From NCBI GenBank assembly GCA_035569175.1, contig DATMNJ010000170.1:1-32000 (forward strand): a stretch of 32,000 nt of DNA, in the 5' to 3' direction. Below, piece after piece: positions 16,491 to 24,936 of the stretch. Under the pieces are notes generated by a model. The model was not told the origin of the DNA, did not search any database, and saw only the letters and a program-made list of their open reading frames with translations. Every line of letters starts with the position of its first letter. The stretch's first letter is position 1. A program made the position numbers and the translations under genes. Source of the DNA: Thermoanaerobaculia bacterium. GTDB lineage: Bacteria > Acidobacteriota > Thermoanaerobaculia > UBA5066 > Gp7-AA6.

Positions 16491-17537
16491 GTGAAACTCC
16501 GGGGCGCCCTTCTCGGCGCCGGCAACGTCGCCGTCAACGGCCACCTGCCCGGCTGGAAGGAAAGAGACGACGTCGAGATCGTGGCCGCGGCCGACAGCCG
16601 GCCCGACCGGCTCGAGGCCTTCGCCGCGGTTTACCCGAAGGCCCGCTGGTACGACTCGGCGGTGGAGCTCATCACGAGCGAGACGCTCGACTTCGTCGAC
16701 ATCTGCACGCCGCCGGGCTCCCACGCCGCCCTCGCGAAGACCGCCCTGGAAAGGTCGTTCCACGTCCTCTGCGAGAAGCCCCTCGTCCTCTCGCCCGAAG
16801 AGCTGCGCGGGCTGCCGGCGCTCGCGGCCGAGAAGGAGCGCACGCTCTTTACCGTCCACAACTGGAAGCACGCTCCGGTCCTCCTGCGCGTGGCCGAGAT
16901 CGTGCGCTCGGGAACCCTCGGCGAGGTGCGCCACTGCCGTTGGGAGACGCTGCGCGACAAGCCGGCCGTGGCCGTCGGAGATGCGGGCAACTGGCGCGTG
17001 GATCCGGCCCAGTCCGGGGGCGGGATCCTCGTGGACCACGGCTGGCACGCCCTCTACGTCCTCCAGGCCTGGATGCCGACGACGCCGCGCACGGTCGCGG
17101 CGCGCCTGTCCACGCGCAAGCACCGCGAGTGGCCCCTCGAGGACACCGCCGAGCTGATGCTCTTCCATCCGTCCGCGTCGGCCGAGGTGTTCCTCACGTG
17201 GGCGGCCGACGAGCGCGCCAACCGCATGGAACTCTCCGGCACCCGCGGCAAGCTCAACCTCGACGGCGGGCGGCTCGCGCTCCGCGACGTAGACGGGGCC
17301 GCGACCCTCGAGGAATGGACGTTTCCCTCGCTGACGGAGGGCTCGCACCATCCCGACTGGTTCGGCGGCGTCATCACGGAGTTCCTGGGCGAGATCGAAA
17401 GCCCGCGGGCCCGGGGCCACAACCTCGCCGAAGCGGCCCTGTGCGCCAACGTCCTCGCCCTCGCGAAGGAATCCAACCGCCGCGGCGGCGAGCCGCTGTC
17501 CGCCGAGCGGGCCGTGGGCCCCGGAGCGAGGCGATGA
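16491..17537 (+). CDS. Gfo/Idh/MocA-family NAD(P)-dependent oxidoreductase
   Basis: GTG 16491 lies 13 nt after the aminotransferase stop, with GAGAGAGG upstream. Contains the N-terminal Rossmann motif LLGAGNVAVNGHLPGW, the family motif HVLCEKPL, and the C-terminal alpha/beta domain. 348 aa. Confidence 0.9.
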   Translation: MKLRGALLGAGNVAVNGHLPGWKERDDVEIVAAADSRPDRLEAFAAVYPKARWYDSAVELITSETLDFVDICTPPGSHAALAKTALERSFHVLCEKPLVLSPEELRGLPALAAEKERTLFTVHNWKHAPVLLRVAEIVRSGTLGEVRHCRWETLRDKPAVAVGDAGNWRVDPAQSGGGILVDHGWHALYVLQAWMPTTPRTVAARLSTRKHREWPLEDTAELMLFHPSASAEVFLTWAADERANRMELSGTRGKLNLDGGRLALRDVDGAATLEEWTFPSLTEGSHHPDWFGGVITEFLGEIESPRARGHNLAEAALCANVLALAKESNRRGGEPLSAERAVGPGARR

Positions 17538-18546
17538 GCGGCGGCCCCACGCTCGCTCTCGTCGCGCCCGAGGGCCCCGCCGTCGCGCCCGAGAGGATCG
17601 TTCTCGGCCTCCCCCTCGCGCGGCGAACGGTGCTCGCGGCGCGGCGCGGCGGTTTCTCGCGCGTCACCGTCGTGGGCGCGACACCCGCACTCGCCGCGGC
17701 GCTCGAAGGCGCGGGCGCAGAGCTCGTGACGCAAGCGCCGCCGGGGGCCGTCCTGCTGTCCTGGAACGTGGTCGCGCAGACGAAGCAGATGAAGGAGCTC
17801 GCCGCGGGCGCCGCGTCGACCGGCGTTCCCGTCGCCTCGCCGGCGGACCTGCCCCGCGCCGAGACGTTCCTCCTGAAGGGCCTCATCAAAGACACCGAGG
17901 GCTTCATGTCGCGGTACTTCGACCGGGCGATCTCGCTGGCGGTCAGCCGCCGCCTCGCCGGCACGCGCATCACGCCCAACCAGATGACGCTCATCGCCGT
18001 GGCCATCGGCGTGGCCGGCGCACCGTTCTTCCTGTCGCAGCGGCCGGCCGTGCAGATCGTCGGGGGCCTTCTCTTTCTGTTGCACTCGATCCTCGACGGC
18101 TGCGACGGCGAGCTCGCGCGCCTGAAGTTCCAGGAGTCGCGCTGGGGAGGAATCCTCGACTTCTGGGGCGACAACGTCGTCCACATGGCCGTGTTCGCGG
18201 CGATGGCCGTCGGTCTCGCCCGCGCGACGGGCGAGGACTGGCCGCTCGCCTGCGGCGCCTCCGCCGTCCTCGGCACCGCGGCATCGGCCTGGGTCGTCCA
18301 TCAGCGGACGATGACCGGCCCGAAGGACGGGCCCCTCTTCACCTCCGTCGCGACCCGGCGGGAAACGACCGTCTCCCGGATCGCGGACGCCCTGTCCCGC
18401 AGGGACTTCATCTACCTCGTTTTGATAATGTCCGCCTTCGGCAAGGCCGACTGGTTCATCGTTCTGGCGGCCGTCGCCGTTCCGGCCTTCTTCCTCGCGC
18501 TCCTGGTCGTCGCGTGGAACGATCGTCGCGTCGCAAGGAGCGTTTC

Positions 18547-18550
<4 letters not shown>
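17534..18550 (+). CDS. CDP-alcohol phosphotransferase with degenerate N-terminal nucleotidyltransferase-like domain (IPCT/DIPPS-like architecture)
   Basis: ATGA overlap, GGAGCGAGG upstream. The complete CDP-OH-P motif D188-x2-D-G-x2-A-R-x8-G-x3-D-x3-D (LDGCDGELARLKFQESRWGGILDFWGD) sits at 18095-18172. It is preceded by a juxtamembrane FMSRYFDRAISLAVSRRLAGTRITPNQMT segment and followed by multiple TM helices. The N-terminal ~115 aa are soluble and lack a GxGxR signature. Confidence 0.9.
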
Positions 18551-19896
<1,346 letters not shown>

Positions 19897-19969
19897 ATCC
19901 CGGCCCGGAGTCCTCGGCCGCCATCTCGGTCTTGTCGAGCGCGGGATCCCTCGCTACGCTCAGGATGAC

Positions 19970-21064
19970 ATGTCCTCCTCGAGTCACGCGCGCAAGATCC
20001 TTCACCTCGACATGGACGCCTTCTACGCGTCCGTCGAGCAGCGGGACGATCCGTCTCTCAAGGGCAAGCCGGTCGCGGTCGGCGGCCGCCCCGAGAGTCG
20101 CGGCGTCGTGGCGGCGGCCAGTTACGAGGCGAGGACCTTCGGCGTGCGATCGGCCATCCCCATGGCCCGGGCGGTGCGCCTGTGCCCCGATCTCGTCATC
20201 CTGCGGCCGGACTTCAGGAAGTATGCCGCCGTCTCCGCCCAGGTCTTCGCGATCTTTCGCGAGGTGACGCCGCTCGTCGAGCCGCTGTCGCTGGACGAGG
20301 CGTACCTCGACGTGACGGAGAACGCGTGGAACGAGCCTCTCGGCGTCGAGGTCGCGCGGCGCCTGAAGTCCCGCATCCGCGGGGAGACCTCTCTCACCGC
20401 TTCGGCCGGTGTCGCGCCCAACAAGTTTCTCGCGAAGATCGCCTCCGGCTGGAAAAAGCCGGACGGCCTGACCGTCATCGCGCCCGAGCGCGTGGAACGG
20501 TTTCTGCAGCTTCTCCCCGTGGAGGCCCTCTGGGGCGTCGGGCCCGTCACGGCCGGCAGGCTTCGCGCCGCCGGAATCCTGCGGCTCGTGGACGTCCGCG
20601 AGGCGCCTGCCGAGGTCCTGCAGAAAGCGGTCGGGAGCTGGGCCGACTCCCTGCGCCGGCTTGCCTTCGGCGAGGACGATCGGGCGGTCAACCCGAACCA
20701 GGAGCGCAAGTCGATCGGGTGCGAGGAGACCTACGCGAAGGACCTCGACGAGCTCGAGCCGATCTGCGCCGAGATCGACCGCCTCGCGCGGCGCACCGCC
20801 GCCATCCTCGAGCGCAAGGAGCTCTTCGCGCGGACCGTCGTCCTGAAACTGCGCTACGCCGACTTCCGGACCATCACGCGCAGCCAGACCCGCGCGCCCG
20901 CCACGCGGTCCGCCGACGACATCGCCGCCCGCGCCCTCGCCCTGCTGTCGAAGACCGACGCTGGACGGACTCCCGTTCGTCTTCTCGGCGTCTCCGTGCA
21001 CGGCCTCGGCGCCTCGGCCGAGCCTCCGGCCCTGCCCTTGCCCGACCAGCTCGACCTGGTGTGA
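19970..21064 (+). CDS. dinB: DNA polymerase IV (Y-family)
   Basis: ILHLDMDAFYASVEQRDDPSLKGKPVAVGG, SLDEAYLDVT and SAGVAPNKFLAKIAS are canonical DinB motifs. 364 aa. Confidence 0.96.
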   Translation: MSSSSHARKILHLDMDAFYASVEQRDDPSLKGKPVAVGGRPESRGVVAAASYEARTFGVRSAIPMARAVRLCPDLVILRPDFRKYAAVSAQVFAIFREVTPLVEPLSLDEAYLDVTENAWNEPLGVEVARRLKSRIRGETSLTASAGVAPNKFLAKIASGWKKPDGLTVIAPERVERFLQLLPVEALWGVGPVTAGRLRAAGILRLVDVREAPAEVLQKAVGSWADSLRRLAFGEDDRAVNPNQERKSIGCEETYAKDLDELEPICAEIDRLARRTAAILERKELFARTVVLKLRYADFRTITRSQTRAPATRSADDIAARALALLSKTDAGRTPVRLLGVSVHGLGASAEPPALPLPDQLDLV

Positions 21065-21093
21065 GGCGTATCGACTTGCCGCACGCTTTCGTT

Positions 21094-21144
21094 CGCGGCG
21101 CGAATAGTCTCCCGAGCGAAGCGAGGGAGGAGGTTCGCGCCGCG
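21094..21144. terminator. Long imperfect hairpin with GCGAAGC apex between convergent dinB and peptidase genes (candidate bidirectional terminator / structured element)
   Basis: 21094-21104 pairs with 21134-21144 (11 bp, CGCGGCGCGAA/TTCGCGCCGCG). A 4-nt internal mismatch follows, then 21109-21113 pairs with 21125-21129 (5 bp). The apex contains GCGAAGC (21116-21122). No U-tract on either side. Confidence 0.35.
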
Positions 21145-21232
21145 GGAGGGAGCGCGTCGTGACGGCGTCAGCCGGCTGGTCGAGCCCCTTTGGGCGAGCC
21201 GGCCGGCGGTGCGCCCGCAGGGCGCAGATCCC

Positions 21233-22078
21233 TCACGGCGCGCTCCCGACGGTGATGCCGCGGCGGATCGCTGCGAGCGGGGCCGCGTCGTCGTAGGAGA
21301 TCACCGCGTCGGTCGCGTCTTTTCCGCCGGTCGCGTGGACGCCGAGCTTCGCGAACAGAGCGCCGAGGTCCTCGTCGGGTGCGGAGGCGCGCATCCGCGC
21401 GTAGAGCTCGCGGAGCACCGGCACGCCGACGGCCTTGTCGCCGACGTCGAGCGCCCGCTCGAGCTCCCACGACTGCGTGACGTTGCCGCCCGCCCGCACG
21501 ATGCCGCGCAGGGCGTCGTCGAGAGACTTCTTGCCCGCCGTGGCCCGCCGAATGCCGACGTCCGCGTCGAAGCAGAACAGGGCGCCGCCCCAGTAGGTCG
21601 CGGCCCACGTGCGCGCGCCGTCGAGGCCTGCCCGGCCGAGTGCGTTCTGCCCGATCGGCAGGCCCCACACGAGCCACTTCCAGATGTCGTCGGCGGGCGC
21701 GAGTCCCGCCCGCGCGCGCACGAGCGGCTCGACGTAGGTCGCGATTCCCTCTTCGATCCACGCCTCTCCGGTCATCGAGGGAAACGCGAGGTGCACCATT
21801 TCGTGAACGAGCTCCCAGTTGGTCTTGAGGTCCTCGGCCGTCGCGCCGTCGCCGACGGTGATGGAGATCCTCGCCAGGCCGCGGATGCCCAACGTCCGCC
21901 CGCTCGAGATCTTTCCCGGGCCCCCGCCGTGGATCGTCAGCGTGACGCTCTCGACCGGATACGCCCCGTAGTACGCGGCGACGGCCCGCGCCGCGCCCTC
22001 GACCCAGGCCAGCAACTCCTGCTCCGAGACGCGGGCCGGCCGGCCGGCGAAGACGACCTCGACGACGCCTCCCGGCAC
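21233..22078 (-). CDS. MA-clan zinc metallopeptidase (Peptidase_MA_2 / M61-like)
   Basis: HEMVHLAFPSMTGEAWIEEGIATYVE matches HExxH plus a downstream WxxEG-type third ligand. 281 aa from GTG 22078. The start is uncertain (see findings). Confidence 0.7.
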   Translation of the reverse strand: MPGGVVEVVFAGRPARVSEQELLAWVEGAARAVAAYYGAYPVESVTLTIHGGGPGKISSGRTLGIRGLARISITVGDGATAEDLKTNWELVHEMVHLAFPSMTGEAWIEEGIATYVEPLVRARAGLAPADDIWKWLVWGLPIGQNALGRAGLDGARTWAATYWGGALFCFDADVGIRRATAGKKSLDDALRGIVRAGGNVTQSWELERALDVGDKAVGVPVLRELYARMRASAPDEDLGALFAKLGVHATGGKDATDAVISYDDAAPLAAIRRGITVGSAP

Positions 22079-22142
22079 CGCGACGCGCGGGTTGCCCGGG
22101 GCCGCCGCGATCGCCGCACCGAGGATCCAGACGTGGAGCGTG

Positions 22143-23486
22143 CTAGCGCCTCTCCATCGGCACGAAGGCGCGCTCGCCCTCGCCGAGGTAAACTTGGCGC
22201 GGACGGGCGATCTTTTCCTCGGGGTCCTCGAGCAACTCCTCCCATTGCGCGAGCCAGCCCGCCGTCCGGGGGATCGCGAAGAGGACGGTGAACGCGTCGG
22301 ACGGAATGCCGATCGCCTGGTAGATGAGCCCGGAGTAGAAGTCCACGTTCGGGTAGAGCTTGCGCTTGACGAAGTATTCGTCCTGGAGCGCGATCCGCTC
22401 CAGCTCGAGCGCGATGTCGAGGAGAGGATTGCGCCCCGTGACGTCGAAGACCTCCTCGGCCATCCGCTTGATGATCTTGGCGCGCGGGTCGAAGTTCTTG
22501 TAGACGCGGTGACCGAAGCCCATCAGGCGCTTCTCGCCTTTGCCCTGCTTGACCTCCTCGATGAAGGCCGGCACGCGCGACGGGGAGCCGATCTCCTTGA
22601 GCATCATGAGGACTTCTTCGTTGGCGCCGCCATGGAGGGGCCCGTACAGCGCCGCGGCGGCGCCGGCGAGGGCCGAGTAGGGATCCGTGTGCGCGGAACC
22701 GATGCCGCGCATCACGGCCGTGCCGCAGTTCTGCTCGTGGTCGGCGTGGAGGATGAAGAGGACGTCGAGCGCGCGGACGAGGGTCGGGTTCGGCTTGTAG
22801 TTCTCGGCCGGCGTCTTGAAGAGCATCGTCAGAAAGTTCTCGCCGTAGCCGAGGGCGTTGGACGGGTAGACGTAGGGCATGCCCATGCTGTGCTTGTACG
22901 CGAACGCCGCGATCGTCGGCATCTTGGCGATGAGGCGGTGAATCTGTTTCGTGCGCCCGGCGGCGCTGTGGACGTCGCGCGCCTCCGGGTAGAACGTGGA
23001 CATGGCCGCAACGGTCGAAATGAGCATTCCCATGGGATGCGCGTCGTGGTTGAAGGCATCCATGAGCTTCTTCAACGACTCGTGGATCATCGTGTGGTAC
23101 GTGATGTCGTGAACCCACTGCTCGTACTGGGTCGCGGTCGGAAGCTCGCCGTGGAGCAGCAGGTATGCCACTTCGAGAAACGTGCACTTCTCGGCCAGGA
23201 CCTCGATCGGATAGCCGCGGTAGCGGAGGATCCCCTTTTCGCCGTCGATGTCGGTGATGCGGCTCGTGCAGGCCGCGGTGTTCAGGTACGCGGGGTCGTA
23301 GGACATCAGGCCGAAGTCGCCCGGGTCGGCCTTGATCTGCCTCAGGTCCATCGCGCGGATCGTTCCGTTCTTGATGGGGAGCTCGTAACTCTTGCCGGTC
23401 CTCCGGTCGATGACCGAAAGCGCGTCGCGGGCCTCGGAAGAGCCGGCCGCCCGTTCGTCCGTCTTGGTCGCTTCCACGGTGCCCAT
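22143..23486 (-). CDS. gltA: Citrate synthase (type II)
   Basis: ATG 23486 has GGAGG 7 nt upstream. ILRYRGYPIE, DHEQNCGTA, ALYGPLHGGANE and GFGHRVYKNFDPRA are canonical citrate synthase blocks. 447 aa. Confidence 0.97.
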   Translation of the reverse strand: MGTVEATKTDERAAGSSEARDALSVIDRRTGKSYELPIKNGTIRAMDLRQIKADPGDFGLMSYDPAYLNTAACTSRITDIDGEKGILRYRGYPIEVLAEKCTFLEVAYLLLHGELPTATQYEQWVHDITYHTMIHESLKKLMDAFNHDAHPMGMLISTVAAMSTFYPEARDVHSAAGRTKQIHRLIAKMPTIAAFAYKHSMGMPYVYPSNALGYGENFLTMLFKTPAENYKPNPTLVRALDVLFILHADHEQNCGTAVMRGIGSAHTDPYSALAGAAAALYGPLHGGANEEVLMMLKEIGSPSRVPAFIEEVKQGKGEKRLMGFGHRVYKNFDPRAKIIKRMAEEVFDVTGRNPLLDIALELERIALQDEYFVKRKLYPNVDFYSGLIYQAIGIPSDAFTVLFAIPRTAGWLAQWEELLEDPEEKIARPRQVYLGEGERAFVPMERR

Positions 23487-23561
23487 GCGAAACCTCCGAA
23501 CCGTATTCTATTGTCTTCCGGCCACTCGCCCTGCGAGGTCCGTTATGAGACAGTCCGCCCC

Positions 23562-24029
23562 ATGGCGACGGGACAAAGCCTGCAGGACACGTGGGCGCCG
23601 CGGAACCACTGTTTTGGATGTGGGCCCGCCAACGAAAAGGGTCTGCGGATCAAGAGCTTCGTCGAGGGCGACGAGGTGGTCGCGCGGTGGCGGCCGGAGC
23701 CGCATCACCAGGCGTTCGAGGGGGTGCTGAACGGCGGAATCTGCGGCGCGCTGCTCGACTGTCACAGCAACTGGGCGGCGACCCACCACCTGATGCAACA
23801 GTCCGGCACGGCAACGCCGCCCTGCACCGTGACGGCCGACTTCCACGTGACGCTCCGGCGTCCGACACCCATGGATGCCGAGCTTCTCCTGCGCGCGCGC
23901 GTCGTCGAGTCCGCGGCGGATCGGGCCGTCGTCGAGGCCTCGCTCGAGGCCAACGGCAAGGTGACGGCGACCTGTCGCGGCACCTTCGTGGCCGTCCAGG
24001 AAGGCCATCCCGCGTTCCACCGGTGGTGA
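23562..24029 (+). CDS. PaaI/4HBT-type hotdog-fold thioesterase
   Basis: This is the last 155 aa of a 645-aa track ORF whose upstream part is antisense to gltA. Starts at ATG 23562 (MATGQSLQ). Contains HCFGCGPANEKGLRI and VLNGGICGALLDCH, typical of PaaI-like thioesterases. Confidence 0.78.
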   Translation: MATGQSLQDTWAPRNHCFGCGPANEKGLRIKSFVEGDEVVARWRPEPHHQAFEGVLNGGICGALLDCHSNWAATHHLMQQSGTATPPCTVTADFHVTLRRPTPMDAELLLRARVVESAADRAVVEASLEANGKVTATCRGTFVAVQEGHPAFHRW

Positions 24030-24114
24030 CGCCCTGACGCTCCTCCTCGCGCTCACGCTCCTGCTCGCGGACCCGACGCCGGTCCCGACACCCGGCAGGG
24101 TCGAGAAGCAGACG

Positions 24115-24786
24115 GTGGTCTCCCGGGGAAAGGAGCGCACCTACTACCTCTTCGTCCCCACGACGATCTCCGCCGAACATCCGGCGCCCCTCATCGTGAC
24201 GTTCCATGGCTCCGGCGGTAACGGCAAGACCCTCGTCGACCGGTGGCAGGACCTCGCCGAGAAGGAGGGGATCGTCGTCGCCGGCCCGGATTCGACGGAC
24301 TCCGTGCACTGGGCCTCGCCGCAGGACGGTCCGCTCCTGCTGCGGGACATCGTCGAGGCTGTTGGCGCGAAGTTTCCGATCGACCGGCACCGCATCTACC
24401 TCTTTGGCCACTCGGCGGGCGCGGTCTTCGGCCTCCAGATGGCGACCCTCGAGTCGGAGTTCTTCGCGGCCGCCGCGGTCCACGCCGGCTCGGTCGATCC
24501 AGCCTACTTCTCGACCTTCGATTTCGCCGCCCGCAAGATTCCCATCCTCATCTTCATCGGCACGCGCGACGCCTACTTTCCCTTGCCCGAGGTTCGGGCG
24601 ACGGCCGAGGCCCTCAAGACGCGCGGATTCCCCGTGACCCTGGTCGAGATGCCGGGGCACACCCACAACTATGCTCTGAAGTCGCAGGACGTCAACGCGC
24701 AGGCGTGGGAGTTTCTCTCGCGCGAACGCATTGCCGAGCCCGGCTTCCGGATGTACGTCGACCCGAAGCCGGCCGGCTCTCCCTGA
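24115..24786 (+). CDS. Alpha/beta-hydrolase esterase (PHB-depolymerase/LpqC-like family)
   Basis: ERTYYLFVP..PAPLIVTFHGSGGNG, the nucleophile elbow LFGHSAGA, and a C-terminal GTRD..H catalytic-type spacing. GTG 24115 is the first canonical start. The true start may be the upstream in-frame CTG 24034 (see findings). Confidence 0.78.
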   Translation: MVSRGKERTYYLFVPTTISAEHPAPLIVTFHGSGGNGKTLVDRWQDLAEKEGIVVAGPDSTDSVHWASPQDGPLLLRDIVEAVGAKFPIDRHRIYLFGHSAGAVFGLQMATLESEFFAAAAVHAGSVDPAYFSTFDFAARKIPILIFIGTRDAYFPLPEVRATAEALKTRGFPVTLVEMPGHTHNYALKSQDVNAQAWEFLSRERIAEPGFRMYVDPKPAGSP

Positions 24787-24936
24787 GGTCTCGCCCTCCC
24801 GCCCTCTGCGACGGGCTCTGCTGGAAGACGAAAACACTGGCCCGCGAACTGGCCTTTCTCTAGACCATTCGGCCAGTCGCGCCCCGCAACCGGAAAGCCT
24901 AGTCTTCTGCCACCGGCTCGATCATCCGAGGTGTCT

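Noticed and set aside
18514-18546. GTG 18514 as the start of the inositol-1-phosphate synthase
   Set aside because: ATG 18547 has a perfect AAGGAG 6 nt upstream and forms the same ATGA stop-start overlap used through the operon. The extra 11 residues (MERSSRRKERF) lie inside the preceding gene.
19897-19969. Possible SOS/LexA box upstream of dinB
   Set aside because: I looked for CTGT-N8-ACAG, GAAC-N4-GTTC and GTTC-N7-GTTC type motifs and found none. Only a trivial GGGATCCC palindrome is present. No claim is made.
22092-23561. First 490 aa of the 645-aa plus-strand ORF ending at 24029
   Set aside because: It is entirely antisense to gltA and compositionally junk. Only the last 155 aa (from ATG 23562) form a recognisable hotdog thioesterase.
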